Positions 51,527 through 63,272 of a stretch of 64,000 nucleotides of DNA are shown here, one piece after another. The stretch covers positions 192,001 through 256,000 of the forward strand of contig CAWJTV010000015.1 of the NCBI GenBank assembly GCA_963845755.1, written 5' to 3'. How positions within the stretch are numbered: the stretch's first letter is position 1; the number at the start of each line of letters is the position of its first letter. Source of the stretch: an uncultured Planctomycetota bacterium. GTDB taxonomy: Bacteria; Planctomycetota; Planctomycetia; Isosphaerales; Isosphaeraceae. Both the position numbers and the translations under genes were made by a program. Under the pieces are notes generated by a model that ran no database searches, was not told the DNA's origin, and saw nothing but the letters and a program-made list of their open reading frames with translations.

Positions 51527-52891
51527 TCATCGGGCAGGGCCGGCCGCCGATTCGCGATGCAGACGCCCGAGGAGCTCGACGGCTTCCGCGACGATTCGCT
51601 CGCCCGTGCCCCGCTCGAGGAAGCTGTGCAAGCCGGTCCAGGTCTGATAGCCGCCGCGGTCGAAACCGCGCTGGTCGGGGATATATCCGATATAGTCGTT
51701 GGCCAGCTCGAACACACAGGTATCGCGGAACGGCGAGCGCCGCTTGATCTCCTCGCCCAGGACCGTGAAGAACTCGCCCGGTACGCCCACGATGGCCACG
51801 TCGCCGATCAGGATGGCCTGGATCCAGGTCTTGCGTTCTTCTCCCTTGTGGGGCGCCAGGAGCCGGCGCATGGCGCGGAAGGTTTCGCTCACGGATCGAG
51901 CGCCCGCGGGATCCGGGATCCGCCTGGTGCAGTAGGACACGACGGCGCGGTCGTCCGCAGCCTCGTCGAACTGCCGGACGCGGACGGTGATCTCCTGCCG
52001 CCGAGCCACGACCTGGTCGACGGGCCGAGGTTGGGCCGCATCGAGCGCGTCGGCGACCGCCCGATGGATGCGGTAGGTTGCCTCGAGCGGCGCCACGTCG
52101 AGGTTGTGCGTCGAGCCGGACGCCCCTTCGAAGAAGAGGACGGTCCCGCCTTTTTCCTTCTCGAGCTCCTGTGACGCCAGTCCATAGAACGAAGGCGATC
52201 GCACGCCCGGCTTCTGGGTGCCGATCGTGTGGGTGGAGTGATTGAACAGGACCGCCTCGAGAGCGCCATCACTCCGTCGGAAGGCCAGGACCGGCAGCTC
52301 GGGGTCGAACGGACCGGTCGGCCGCACGGCATCCTCGCGAGACCCGACCCAGTAAATGGTCCCGTCGCTCAGCAACAGCCGGCTGTTCTTGCCGACCGAC
52401 GATTCCTCGCCGAGCCGGAACAGAAACGTGACCGGTGCGAGCCGTCCACAAGCCTTCACGGCGGCCGCGACGATCTTGTCCTCCACCTGCCGCGTGAAGG
52501 TCTCATCGCGCTCGTAGCCGTGGACCGTGACGGTCGTCGGGGCGTGGTGCGTGTGGGTCGCATTGATCAAAATATTGTCGAAGGGGATGCCCGTCGCTTG
52601 CTCGATCCGATGGGCGGCCCGGTCGAGGACGTCGCGCGCGATCATCAGCACGTCGCAGGCGATCAGGGCGACCCGATGACCGTGGGCGTCCGCGATCACC
52701 ACGGCCGAGGCGCGCAGCAACCCCTCCTGACCTCTGGCCTTCCCCGGCCCGATCCCGCCGCCGATGACCATCGCATCGTCGGCCGTCAGGATCTCCGCCG
52801 CCGCGCCGGCCTTCAACTCCTGGGCAGCGGCGTTGGTGGCCGGGCCCAGCGAGACCAGGATCGTCACGAGTATTCCAGGAACTCTGCTCAT
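51527..52891 (-). CDS. Neutral/alkaline ceramidase-like hydrolase
   Basis: Signal peptide; INATHTHHAP, GPFDPEL, GVPGEFF and ELANDYIGYIP. Confidence 0.75.
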   Translation of the reverse strand: MSRVPGILVTILVSLGPATNAAAQELKAGAAAEILTADDAMVIGGGIGPGKARGQEGLLRASAVVIADAHGHRVALIACDVLMIARDVLDRAAHRIEQATGIPFDNILINATHTHHAPTTVTVHGYERDETFTRQVEDKIVAAAVKACGRLAPVTFLFRLGEESSVGKNSRLLLSDGTIYWVGSREDAVRPTGPFDPELPVLAFRRSDGALEAVLFNHSTHTIGTQKPGVRSPSFYGLASQELEKEKGGTVLFFEGASGSTHNLDVAPLEATYRIHRAVADALDAAQPRPVDQVVARRQEITVRVRQFDEAADDRAVVSYCTRRIPDPAGARSVSETFRAMRRLLAPHKGEERKTWIQAILIGDVAIVGVPGEFFTVLGEEIKRRSPFRDTCVFELANDYIGYIPDQRGFDRGGYQTWTGLHSFLERGTGERIVAEAVELLGRLHRESAAGPAR

Positions 52892-52948
52892 TCTTGGGAA
52901 TCCGTGATGCTCGTTGACGCGAACGGAACACGCCCCACTCTCCAGTCG

Positions 52949-54819
52949 CTAGGTATGGAGCTTGCGTCCTCGGAGAGGATCGGCGCCATCTCCGGGGAGG
53001 ATGGGCTGGGGACGCCCGAGGACAAGATGGGGCAGGGGGGGGCGAGTCTCGATGCGGCGGGCCTTGGTCAGGTCGATGCGTTCGTCGGAGAGGGTCACCT
53101 CGAACTTCCGATTGCCCGGGAGGATGAGAGGGACCCGGACCGTGAACGTGCTGCCCTGGCCGGGCTGGCTCTCCAGGTGGACGTCGCCGCCGAGCAACTT
53201 GGTCAGCTCGCGGACGATCGACAGGCCGAGCCCGGTTCCCTGGTGCTCTCGGGTTAGGACTGTCTCGCCCTGACCGGGCGCCTTCGCCTGGCGGAATTTC
53301 TCGAAGATGGCCTCGCGCTCCTCCTCGGCGATGCCGATGCCGGTATCCTGGACCTCGACGACGACGAACCGGCCCTCGGCACGGGCACGCAGGGTCACGC
53401 GCCCCCTTCCGGGGTGAATTTGATGGCGTTGGACAGCAGGTTGTAGAGGATCTGGCGCAGCTTGCCCGGGTCCTGGCGCAGGAGGGGGATCGCCTCGTCG
53501 ATCCGGTTCTCCAGGGCGATGTTCTTCCGCTCGGCGATCGGCCGGGTTAGGTTCACGAGCCCCTCGCAGACATCCCGGATCGAGAAGTCCTCGGTATGAA
53601 CCTCCATCTTGCCGCTCTCGATCTTGGCCAGGTCGAGGATGTCGTTAATCATCGCCAGCAGCATCTTGCCCGAGGACTGGATGTTACCGGCATATCGGCG
53701 ATGCCGCTCGTTGAGCTGGTCGGTGCCGGCAAGGACCTCCGAGAAGCCGATGATCGAGTTGAGCGGGGTGCGCAGTTCGTGGCTCATCGTCGCCAGGAAG
53801 TCACTCTTGAGCCGGTTCATCTCGAAGAGAGCGAGGTTCGCCTGGGCCAGTTCATCGACTTTACGGTCGAGGTCGTTATTGACCTCCCGGAGCTCCTGCT
53901 GCATGGCGACCAGGTTATGGAGCATCCGGTTGAAGGCGTGGGAGAGTTCCTCGAACTCGTCGCCGGTCTCGATCTGGCTGCGGATCGTGAGCCGGCCGGC
54001 GGCGATCGCATCGGAGACGTCGCGGAGGTGCTTAACCGGCTTGACGATCACGTAGCGGACGATCATGTACGAGGAGACCATCGCCAGGATCGCCGTGATC
54101 ATGGCGGCGCTGATCAGGATCGCCCGATTGCTCCGGATCGCCTTGTCGGTCTGCTCCATCGGCAGGTTGACGACCACGGCGCCGGCCAGGTCGCCCGCCT
54201 TGGTTTCTACCCAGTGGACACCATCCGGCGCCGGCCTGTACATGTGGTTGTCGATCTGGGTGTTGTCGTCGCCATGGCAAGCCATCAAGCAATTCTGCTT
54301 GAAGAAGACCGCCTGGATGTACTGGAACTCCTTCTTGCCATTGGTGACGCGCTCGATCCAGATCGGTGTGCCGTCGGCGAAAGTCGGTGGCTTGTCGGGG
54401 GCGTGGGTGGGTTTGCGCTCACCCGCCTGGGCCTGCGCGGCCTCCACGAAGTGCTTGAGGGTGGATCGCTCGAACTCGTCCCAGGGCTGCTTGTTGTGAT
54501 CCTTGGGGTTATACGGGTCCAAGACCCGGGCCTGGTGGTTGGGGACCTCGTCGAGCGGCTTGAACTCGGAGGAGAGCGTGGCGAGGGGCGTCTCGAAGTT
54601 GCTATTACCCAGCTTCTTGTAGTGGATGTTCAGCAGCGTCGGGTTGACGAGCGTCCGGGCCGTCTGGGTCGTCTGCTTTCGCACCAGGCTCTCGGTCTTC
54701 TGGCCGTACCAGAAGAAGCTGCCCGAGACCAGCACGAGGATCCCCAGGCCGAAGATGAAGCGGCATTTCCGCTCCAGGCTGGTCTCGCCGAGTAAGTGTT
54801 TGAAGCTGCGATAGGACAC
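52949..54819 (-). CDS. Membrane sensor histidine kinase (periplasmic CxxCH-like motif, HAMP, HisKA, HATPase; frameshift near 53400)
   Basis: [45 protein letters not shown]. Confidence 0.88.
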
Positions 54820-54986
54820 GAGTCCGTCCCCTTCGACCCCCTCATGGGTCGGACGACTTCGGCAGGTGGATCTTGGCAGACTGACCGGAATGCGTTGACA
54901 CCGCGAAACTGTAGATCGGCGATGCGCCGTCGGTTGCGCCAGATTACTCGGAATCCGTCGCCGGGTCGAGATCGGACCGGCGAAAC

Positions 54987-55238
54987 TCAACGAGCGACGC
55001 GTCGGCGTTTCTGGCCGGTCGGACGAGGTTCGTCAATGGCCGTAGTTTCCATGGGCTGCTGCGCTGTCGACGGCTCGAAGTGAATGCCATGATCGCCGGG
55101 ATACGGTTTGCGGTGGTCGTGCTTGTTCATCTGGATCGGGACAGGAACGCCGTCAGGAAATGCATGGCACCGGACCGGATTGAACGACGCGGAACGGTCC
55201 AGGTGCACACACTCGTAGCATTGTGGCGTATTCGTCAT
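54987..55238 (-). CDS. Small Cys/His-rich protein
   Basis: CYECVH...CHAFPDGVP...[21 protein letters not shown] overlap with the upstream gene. Confidence 0.65.
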   Translation of the reverse strand: MTNTPQCYECVHLDRSASFNPVRCHAFPDGVPVPIQMNKHDHRKPYPGDHGIHFEPSTAQQPMETTAIDEPRPTGQKRRRVAR

Positions 55239-55762
55239 GGCCTGACCCCCCGGCAACCCTCGAACAGGGCGATTATCTCCTCATCATAATGAACTTTCCC
55301 CCAAAGGCCAGCGTAGACTTCAGCCACGAATTCCTTGGGGTTCCATGCCGCCCGACCACTGACCTTCCTGGCGATGACAACCTGAGCGGGCTGCAAGCTT
55401 TCGGCATACCAGATACGCCCGCGATCAGGGACCGACATGGAGCGATAATGGGCCGCGTGACCGAGCTCGTGACGAACGATATGATGGTGATGATTCGTTG
55501 AGTAGAAGTCCTTCTGATCCTGCATGAACCCGGCCATATCGGCCCACACTGGATGATCCGGATTGAATGCGATCACATCGTCCAGGTGATCGTAAATTGA
55601 AATAACCCGGGCCTCCTCGTATGGGTCGTTGAACATGACTCTGAGATGCTCGCGCGCCTCCCGCAACGGCACGACGGCGACGCCACGGCTGCGAGCAACC
55701 CGGGCCGCTTTGCGGATTGACGCATGCACCGCTCGCTGCAGCTCGGGATCCCCGCCTCCCAT
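55235..55762 (-). CDS. Zincin-like (HExxH) metallopeptidase domain protein
   Basis: [11 protein letters not shown] and a downstream [11 protein letters not shown]. Confidence 0.6.
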   Translation of the reverse strand: MGGGDPELQRAVHASIRKAARVARSRGVAVVPLREAREHLRVMFNDPYEEARVISIYDHLDDVIAFNPDHPVWADMAGFMQDQKDFYSTNHHHHIVRHELGHAAHYRSMSVPDRGRIWYAESLQPAQVVIARKVSGRAAWNPKEFVAEVYAGLWGKVHYDEEIIALFEGCRGVRP

Positions 55763-55811
55763 AGTTTCCCTCACCGATTGCACCAGCTCAATCGGGATCT
55801 GCTCGATCGCG

Positions 55812-56646
55812 TTACTCCCGCACCTGGCAGCCGGGGCAATAGTAGGTCGGCCGTCCGATGAGTCCGGCAATCTTGGTCTTCAGGATCGGCCGTTGGCAGT
55901 TCCGGCAGGGAAGGTTTTCGCGGCCGTAGACCGAGTTCTGGGCCAGGAATCCGCCCTCCAGCCCGAGGACCGTGCGATAGCCGGCGTCGAAGCTGGAGCC
56001 CTCCAGCGCAATCGCCGTTGCCAGGATCTCCCCGATCGCCCGATGCAGGCGGTCGAGCTGCTCGCGTGAGAGAGTCGCGGCCTTGCGCTCCGGATGAATC
56101 CCGGCGCGGTGCAGCACCTCGTCGGCGTAGATATTGCCGATCCCCGCGAGGACCTTCTGATCCATCAAGGTCGGCTTGATCCCGCGCGGTCCGCGCCAGA
56201 CGATCGGCGAGCTCCTCGCGGCCGATTTCCAGGGCGTCGGGACCGTGCGAGCGAGCGAACGCCCTCGCCGCGGCTTCGGCATCGGAATACCAGCAGATCT
56301 TGCCCAGACGCCGCGTGTCGCAATACCAGACCGTCGCGCGCGGTTTCTCCACGTGGAATGCCAGGCGGATGTGATCGGGTCGCTGCGGTTCGACCAGCCA
56401 AAAGCCTCCGGTCATCCGCGGCTGGATGACGATAATCCCCCGGTGATCAGCCAGCTCCAGGACGACCCACTTACCCCGTCGCGTGATGACGGCAACCGTG
56501 GCCCCACGTCCGCGCCGCGACAGTTGCACGGCCGAACAACCCTGAATCAGGCTCGGATCGCGCACCTCCAGCCGCTCTAACCGGCGCCCCGCCAGCGCCG
56601 GCCGAAGCCCGCGAACCATGGTTTCGACCTCGGGTAGCTCCGGCAT
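55812..56646 (-). CDS. mutM: Formamidopyrimidine-DNA glycosylase (frameshift near 56190)
   Basis: MPELPEVET; RRGKW; LMDQKVLAGIGNIYADEVL; zinc finger CRNC...YCPGCQ. Confidence 0.92.
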
Positions 56647-56714
56647 TGTCTCTCTCCTCTACTTTTTCCCATTCTACGCGAACGACTGCCCGAACACCTC
56701 GATTCCACCATCTC

Positions 56715-56790
56715 CCTTCATAATCTTCCAGAATCCTTCATTTTTCTTGAAGTCTCTTGACAAATCAGGATGGATCTTGAAGAATCATGG
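56715..56790 (+). promoter_or_regulatory. Putative sigma70 promoter and operator repeats of the BMC operon
   Basis: TTGACA at 56757-56762 with a weak -10 (AAGAAT) 17 bp downstream; repeated TCTTGA and CCTTCA words in an AT-rich divergent intergenic region. Confidence 0.45.
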
Positions 56791-56824
56791 CGGGTCATAG
56801 TCAGGTTTTCAATCAAGGGCGGGC

Positions 56825-57670
56825 ATGCTGGCTGAGCCGCGACGGCGACGTCTCCTGGAGCTGATCACCCGGCAGGGTTACGCGACCCTGGACGAACTGG
56901 TGCGAATCCTTTCGGTCTCCGAGAGCACCATCCGGCGCGATCTCGAGGCCCTGGATCTGGCCGGTTCGATCAAGAGGACGCACGGCGGGGCCGTCTACGC
57001 GGGTGAGGTTCGGTCGATGCCGGCGTTCGACGAGCGGACGGGCACGGCGGCTGCCGAGAAGCAGGCGATCGGTCAGGCGGCGGCGGCCCTGCTCGAAGAC
57101 GGCGACACCGTGCTGCTCGACGGCGGCACGACGACGCTCGAAGTCGCCCGGGCCCTGGTCGGCCGTCGCATCCACGTGGTCACCAACAGCCTGCCCATCG
57201 CGCAGCTTCTGGCCTCCAGCCAGCAGACGGACTTGATCCTGATCGGCGGCTATGTCTACCCGCGGACCGGGGTTGCCCTCGGGCCGCTGGCCATCGCGAC
57301 CATGCAATCGATCCGAGTCCGGACGGCCATCCTGGGCGCCGGCGGAATTGTGGGTGAGGGGATCTACAACTCGAACCTGCTCCTGGTCGAGACGGAACGG
57401 CAGATGATGACGTGCGGGCAAGAGGTGATGATCGTCGCCGACCATACGAAGTTCGGACGGCTGGCTCTGGCCCGGCTCTGCGGGTTGGAGGAGATCGACT
57501 CGCTGATCGTCGATTCGGATCTGGCCGACGAGCACCGAGCCTTGCTGGACGCGGCCGGGGTGACGATCCACGTCGCGCCGATGATCGAGAGCCGGAGTAA
57601 CGGAGCGATCCTGGAGCTGGCGCGTACGGACGGCGCGACCCGCACCGAGGGCGTGGGGACTGAAGCATGA
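56825..57670 (+). CDS. DeoR/GlpR family regulator of the BMC operon
   Basis: [36 protein letters not shown]. Confidence 0.92.
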   Translation: MLAEPRRRRLLELITRQGYATLDELVRILSVSESTIRRDLEALDLAGSIKRTHGGAVYAGEVRSMPAFDERTGTAAAEKQAIGQAAAALLEDGDTVLLDGGTTTLEVARALVGRRIHVVTNSLPIAQLLASSQQTDLILIGGYVYPRTGVALGPLAIATMQSIRVRTAILGAGGIVGEGIYNSNLLLVETERQMMTCGQEVMIVADHTKFGRLALARLCGLEEIDSLIVDSDLADEHRALLDAAGVTIHVAPMIESRSNGAILELARTDGATRTEGVGTEA

Positions 57671-58365
57671 GCATCGTGACTGCACCAGCACCGACGCGCG
57701 ACCAGGTCGAGAGCCTGGTTCGCTCGATCCTTCAGAGGCAACTGGCCAACGGCCAGGCCGGGGCCAACGGCAAGGCGGACGTAAGTCACCGTCCCAACGT
57801 GGTCGTGCACATCTCGGCGCGGCATTGCCACCTGACGCAGGCCGATGTCGAGGTCCTGTTCGGTCCCGGGGCCCAGTTGACCCAGATGAAGCGGCTCTAC
57901 CAGGACACCGACTTCGCCGCCAACGAGACGGTGGCGGTGGTCGGGCCGAGGCAGCGGATGATCCCGGGCGTGCGGATCCTCGGGCCTTGCCGCAAGTTCA
58001 GCCAGGTCGAGCTGGCCTTTACCGACGCGATCAGCCTGGGCATCGACGTGCCGGTCCGGCTCTCGGGTGACATCGAGGGGACGCCGGGCTGCCTGCTGGT
58101 CGGCCCCAAGGGGACGCTGGAGCTCAAGCAGGGTGTGATCCGCGCGGAGCGGCACGTCCACATGGGCCCGAAGGATGCCGAGCACTACGGCGTCAAGCAC
58201 CTGGACCGGATGAACATGAGGGTCGAAAGTCCCTGTCCTTCGCTCCTCGAGGGCCTGCTGGTCCGGACTCATCCCGACTGGAAACTCGAGGTGCACATCG
58301 ACACCGACGAGGCCAACTGTTGTGACTTGCCGCATGCGAGCCGGGTCACGCTGATCCGGGCGTGA
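57667..58365 (+). CDS. pduL: Phosphate propanoyltransferase (PduL)
   Basis: [25 protein letters not shown] and HIDTDEAN. Confidence 0.92.
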   Translation: MSIVTAPAPTRDQVESLVRSILQRQLANGQAGANGKADVSHRPNVVVHISARHCHLTQADVEVLFGPGAQLTQMKRLYQDTDFAANETVAVVGPRQRMIPGVRILGPCRKFSQVELAFTDAISLGIDVPVRLSGDIEGTPGCLLVGPKGTLELKQGVIRAERHVHMGPKDAEHYGVKHLDRMNMRVESPCPSLLEGLLVRTHPDWKLEVHIDTDEANCCDLPHASRVTLIRA

Positions 58366-58487
58366 ATCGTTATCCCGCGCGAGGCGAGCGGATTCATCGT
58401 GGGGCGAACGACGGAGCGGGAGCGGACTTCCTCAGGATCATGGGAATGTTGGTGCTCGCAGAGCACCCTACTTTAAGGAGGGCCTTC

Positions 58488-58823
58488 ATGGCCTCAGCAT
58501 CACTCGAAGCGCTCGGAATGATCGAAACCAAGGGGTTCGTGGCGCTGGTCGAGGCCAGCGACGCGATGGTCAAGGCCGCCAATGTGGACCTTGTAGGTTG
58601 GGAGAAGATCGGCAGCGGGCTGGTGACGGCCTTCGTGGCCGGCGACGTGGCGGCCGTCAAGGCGGCGGTGGACGCCGGCGCGGCGGCGGCCAGCCGGATC
58701 GGTGAGGTGGTCAGCGTTCAGGTGATCCCCCGCCCGCACGAGGACCTCGGCGGCGTATTGACCTTCACCAAGACGGCCCCGGCGGCCTCTTCCTCCAAGA
58801 CACCCAAGAGCGACGGAGCCTGA
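58488..58823 (+). CDS. BMC-H shell protein
   Basis: ALGMIETKG...DAMVKAANV...[10 protein letters not shown]...VIPRPH. Confidence 0.92.
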   Translation: MASASLEALGMIETKGFVALVEASDAMVKAANVDLVGWEKIGSGLVTAFVAGDVAAVKAAVDAGAAAASRIGEVVSVQVIPRPHEDLGGVLTFTKTAPAASSSKTPKSDGA

Positions 58824-58827
58824 CACC

Positions 58828-59155
58828 ATGGCGACCACAGTTCAACGCGCCGGTTCGCGGATCGGCGGCAATGGCAGCGTCAACGGCGAGGCGCTGGGCC
58901 TGATCGAGACCAAAGGCCTGGTGGGCATGATCGAGGGGACCGACGCCATGCTCAAGGCGGCCAACGTCCACCTGGCGGGCCGCGTCCAGGTCGGCGGCGG
59001 ATTCGTCACGACGCTGGTCAAGGGAGACGTCGGCAGCGTCCGTGCCGCGGTCGAAGCGGGTGCAGAAGCGGCCGGGCGGGTCGGCGAGCTGGTCAGCGCG
59101 CGACGTCATCCCCCGTCCGGATGAGTCGATCTTGCGGACGTTCCTGGGATCGTGA
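58828..59155 (+). CDS. BMC-H shell protein (frameshift near 59101)
   Basis: ALGLIETKG...GDVGSVRAAV; the shifted frame gives VIPRPDESILRTFLGS*. Confidence 0.88.
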
Positions 59156-59180
59156 TCCAGCAGCACGGGAGCCAACTTTC

Positions 59181-59468
59181 ATGAACGGGAATGCCCTGGG
59201 CCTGATCGAGACGATGGGTCTGGTCGGGCTGATCCATGCGGTGGATGCCATGCTCAAGGCAGCGAGCGTCGAGCTGGCCAGCTCGGTGTTGAAGCTCGAC
59301 GGCGGCGTCGTGAGCGTGATGATCCGGGGAGATGTCAGCAGCGTCCGCGCCGCGGTTGAGGCCGGTGCCGAGGCTGCGGGACGGGTGGGCGAGCTTCGCG
59401 CCGCTCACGTGATCCCGCGTCCCGACCCGTCCGTCGTTCGGGCGTTCACGGGAGGCGGCGAGCGGTGA
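59181..59468 (+). CDS. BMC-H shell protein
   Basis: ALGLIETMG...GDVSSVRAAV...HVIPRPD. Confidence 0.9.
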   Translation: MNGNALGLIETMGLVGLIHAVDAMLKAASVELASSVLKLDGGVVSVMIRGDVSSVRAAVEAGAEAAGRVGELRAAHVIPRPDPSVVRAFTGGGER

Positions 59469-60673
59469 AAATCCTCGTCGCCAACCTGGGAAGCACCAGC
59501 TTCAAGTATCGCCTCATCGACATGGCCGACCCGGCCGAGCCGGTCCTGGCCCGAGGGGCGATCGAGCGGATCGGGTCGGACGCTGCCAAGGTCACCACGA
59601 AGTCGTCGCGCGGCCAGCGCGAGCAGGTCTGCCCGATCGCCGACCACGGCGAGGCCGTGCAGCTTTGCCTCGACCAGTTGACGGATCCCGAGATCGGCGT
59701 GCTGGCCGACGCCGCCGAGGTCTCGGCGATCGGGTTCAAGGCAGTCCACGCGCGAAATCTGACGGGCGTGCACCTCGTGGACGAGCCAGTACTGATTGCG
59801 ATGGAAGCCTTCGCGGACGTCGCCCCTGCGCACAATCCACCCTACACCAAGGCGATGCGGATGCTCCGCGACCGCTTTCCGCGGTTGCCCCTGGTCGCCG
59901 CCTTCGAGACCGGCTTCCACCGGACGATCCCCGAGGCGCACCAGCGCTATGCCATCCCCGACGCCTGGGCGACCGAGCTGGGCGTCCGCCGCTGGGGCTT
60001 CCACGGCGCCAGCCATCGCTACATCGCCTGGCGGATGCCGGAGCTTCTGGGCCGTTCCGACATCAAGGTGATCTCCTGCCACTTAGGAGGCAGCTCGTCG
60101 CTCTGCGCGATCCGACACGGCGAATCGGTCGCATGCAGCCTCGGCATGAGCCCGCAGTCCGGGCTGCCCCATAACAACCGAGTGGGCGATTTCGATGTAT
60201 TCGCCCTCCCTGTCTTGATCCGCGAGACCGGCAAGAGCCTCGACGAAATCCTCTCGATCCTGGCCAACAAGTCCGGACTGGAGGGCTTGAGCGGCGCGGG
60301 CTGCGATCTCCGCGACATCGAAGCTGCCGCATCGGCCGGCAACGAGCGGGCGAAGCTGGCCATGGACGTATTCATCGCCGCCATCCGCAACCACCTCGGC
60401 GCCCAGCTCCTCGAGCTGGACGGTGCCGACGCCATCGTCTTCACCGGCGGCATCGGCGAGAACTCGTCGGCAATCCGGTCCGGCGTCTGCCGCGACCTCG
60501 ACTGGTTCGGTATCGCTCTGGATCCGAGCCTCAACGCCTCGGGACCGGCCGAACGCCGCGTCTCAACCGCGGGCTCCCGCGTCCAGGTCTGGACCGTCCC
60601 GACCAACGAGGAGATCGTCGTGGCGCGACAGGCGAAGGAGTTACTCGACTCGAACGCATCGGTCGCTCTCTAA
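59465..60673 (+). CDS. ackA: Acetate/propionate kinase
   Basis: ILVANLGSTSFKY, APAHNP, GFHGASH, HLGG, FTGGIGEN and PTNEE. Confidence 0.9.
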   Translation: MKILVANLGSTSFKYRLIDMADPAEPVLARGAIERIGSDAAKVTTKSSRGQREQVCPIADHGEAVQLCLDQLTDPEIGVLADAAEVSAIGFKAVHARNLTGVHLVDEPVLIAMEAFADVAPAHNPPYTKAMRMLRDRFPRLPLVAAFETGFHRTIPEAHQRYAIPDAWATELGVRRWGFHGASHRYIAWRMPELLGRSDIKVISCHLGGSSSLCAIRHGESVACSLGMSPQSGLPHNNRVGDFDVFALPVLIRETGKSLDEILSILANKSGLEGLSGAGCDLRDIEAAASAGNERAKLAMDVFIAAIRNHLGAQLLELDGADAIVFTGGIGENSSAIRSGVCRDLDWFGIALDPSLNASGPAERRVSTAGSRVQVWTVPTNEEIVVARQAKELLDSNASVAL

Positions 60674-60686
60674 GGGTATTCACGCG

Positions 60687-61008
60687 ATGTTCCTGGCCCG
60701 GGTGACAGGCAGTGTGGTAGCGACCCAGAAGGTCGCCGCGATGACGGGGCACAAGCTCCTGACCGTCGAGCCCTATCGGGTTCGACGACAAGGGGCGGGA
60801 CCGCCTCGTGTTGACCGGCCGGACGTTTGTGGTGGTCGACACGCTGGGCGCGGGCGTCGGCGAGATGGTTTTGATCTGCCAGGGCTCGAGCGCCCGTCTG
60901 ACGCCCGAGACGGAGAAGCTGCCGATCGACGCCGTGGTGATTGGGCTGGTCGACACGGTCGACATCGGTGGCCAGCCGATCTTCACGGCGCACGGAGGCC
61001 ATGGTTAG
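60687..61008 (+). CDS. BMC-P vertex protein (EutN/CcmL); frameshift near 60782
   Basis: MFLARVTGSVVATQK...DTLGAGVGE.V...GSSAR...PIDAVVIGLVD. Confidence 0.88.
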
Positions 61009-61084
61009 GGGGCCGGCTCGTCCGGCCGGGGGATGACCGCGACGGCGGTCCTGATAGAGCATCCAACGAAAGACGGTGTCCGCC

Positions 61085-62513
61085 ATGCAAATGACTGAAG
61101 ACATCATCCGCAACGTCGTGCAGGAAGTGCTGGCCCAGATGGGCAACGGGTCCTCACTGGGCAATGGTAAAGCCGCGTCGCGACCGTCGGGCAACCTCGG
61201 CGTCTTCGTTTCGGCGGACGACGCCGTCGCGGCGGCCGATGTCGCGTTCCGATCGTTCCGGACCCGGCCGCTCGACGATCGCCGCAAGGCGGTGGACTGC
61301 ATTCGCAAGATCTGCGTCGAACAAGCCGAGGAGCTCGGTCGAGCCGAGCTCGAAGAAACCCAGATCGGCCGGCTCGACCACAAGATCGGCAAGCTTCGCG
61401 ACGCGATCCCGCGCGTCCCGGGGGTCGAGTACCTGCGGACCGACAACGACGCCGGAGACGGCGGCCTGACCCTCACCGATTACGCGCCCTTCGGGGTCAT
61501 CGGCGCGATCACGCCGGTCACCCACAGCCTGCCGACCCTCTCCGGCAACGCCATCAACATGCTGGCCGCGGGAAATACGATTGTGTTCAATGCCCATCCT
61601 TCGGGGGCGCGGATCGCCGCCGAGGGCGTGCGCCGGTTCAACAAGGCGATCCGCGAGGCGATCGGGCTGGAGAATCTTCTCACGATCATCGATCCCCCGA
61701 CGCTCGAATCCGCCCAGGCGCTGTTCGCACACCGGGGCGTGCGGCTCCTGGTCGTGACCGGCGGGCCGGCCGTCGCGCGGGCCGCCCTGGGCAGCAACAA
61801 GCTGCGCGATCGTCGCCGGGCCGGGGAACCCGCCGGTCGTCGTCGATTCGACCGCCTGCCTCGAGAACGCGGCCCGCTCGATCATCGCGGGCGGAGCGTT
61901 TGACAACAACCTGCTCTGCATCGGCGAAAAACAGGTATTCGCCGTCGCTCAGATCTTCGACCCGCTGATGGAGGAAATGAGTCGCCATGGCGGATACCGG
62001 CTCAACGCCAACCAGGTCGACACCCTCACGCAGGCCGCCTTCCAGAAAGGAAATGACGGTGCGCTGCACGTCAACAAGGACCTCATCGGCAAGGACCCGG
62101 CGATCCTCGGCCAGTACGCCAAGGTCAAAGTCCCCGAGGGGACCCAGATCCTCTACGCGGAGACCGGCGCAGAGCACCCGTTTGTTGACCACGAACAGAT
62201 GATGCCGTTCATCCCATTTGTCCGGGTCTCAAACATCGACCGCGCCATCACGCTGGCGAAGGAGAGCGAGCAGGGTTACGGCCACACCGCGATTCTCCAC
62301 TCCCGGGATACGTCCGTAATGTCCAGGATGGGCAAGATCATGGACTGCACCATCTTCGTCGTCAACGGGCCGTGCACCGCGGGGCTCGGCCTGGGAGGCG
62401 AAGGTGTCTTGTCCTACTCGATCGCCGGCCCGACCGGCGAAGGCGTCACCACCCCATTGACCTTCTGCCGGCAGTGCCGGACCAGCCTCGTGGGCGGAAT
62501 GCGATTCATCTAA
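61085..62513 (+). CDS. BMC CoA-acylating aldehyde dehydrogenase (EutE/PduP-like); frameshift near 61805
   Basis: N-terminal encapsulation helix ([15 protein letters not shown]); [42 protein letters not shown]. Confidence 0.9.
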
Positions 62514-62536
62514 TTCGACATACGACGGCCTTTGCG

Positions 62537-62590
62537 CGTGGGTGAAACCCACCAGGATCGGATCCCTTCGCTGGTGGGTTTCACCCACCC
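62537..62590. repeat. REP-like palindrome inside the BMC operon
   Basis: gtgggtgaaacccacc ... ggtgggtttcacccac. Confidence 0.7.
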
Positions 62591-62607
62591 CACCAAGGAC
62601 AAACCGG

Positions 62608-62868
62608 ATGCAACTCGGGCGAGTCATCGGTACAGCGACAGCGACCGTGAAGCATCCGACCTTCGAGAGCGAGCGCATGCTGGTGGTTCAACTCGAGACG
62701 TCGAGCGGAGGGCCGGACGGCGAGCCGATCCTGGCATTCGACCGGCTCGGAGCGCGACAAGGCGATCTGGCATTGCTCACCAACGATGGCGCGGCGCTTC
62801 AGGAACTGCTGGGGAAAACCACGCCAGGTCGTTGGAGCGTGATGGGGCTTCCGGACGACCGGTCTTGA
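62608..62868 (+). CDS. BMC-P vertex protein (EutN/CcmL)
   Basis: MQLGRVIGTATATVKH...DRLGARQGD...NDG. Confidence 0.85.
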   Translation: MQLGRVIGTATATVKHPTFESERMLVVQLETSSGGPDGEPILAFDRLGARQGDLALLTNDGAALQELLGKTTPGRWSVMGLPDDRS

Positions 62869-62882
62869 AAGAGGGGCCAGAG

Positions 62883-63161
62883 ATGAGGATCGGCGAAGTG
62901 ATCGGGCGAGTCACACTATCGCGTTTCTGTCCCCCACTCCAGGGAGGACGTTTCCTGATCGCTCTACCGTTGCCGCTCGTGGCACTAACCGAAGACTCGC
63001 CGGCCCGCGGGGAAGAACTGGTCGTCTACGACAACCTCGGGGCCGGCCCGGGCAGCCTGATCGGAATCAGCGAGGGCCGCGAGGCCGCCAACCCGTTCGG
63101 CAAGACCAAGACCCCCGTGGACGCCTATTGCGCGTGCCTTATCGATCGAATCTCAATTTGA
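62883..63161 (+). CDS. BMC-P vertex protein (EutN/CcmL)
   Basis: MRIGEVIGRVTLS...YDNLGAGPG...SEGREAA.PF...PVDAY. Confidence 0.85.
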   Translation: MRIGEVIGRVTLSRFCPPLQGGRFLIALPLPLVALTEDSPARGEELVVYDNLGAGPGSLIGISEGREAANPFGKTKTPVDAYCACLIDRISI

Positions 63162-63272
63162 CCTGATTACATTCCAGCTTCGAAATGAGGTCCAACCGAG
63201 TCTCCACGCAGTCGCCTGAAACTCGGGAATCTCGAATCCGGAATCTGGAATTCCGATCTCTGAAAGGACGTC

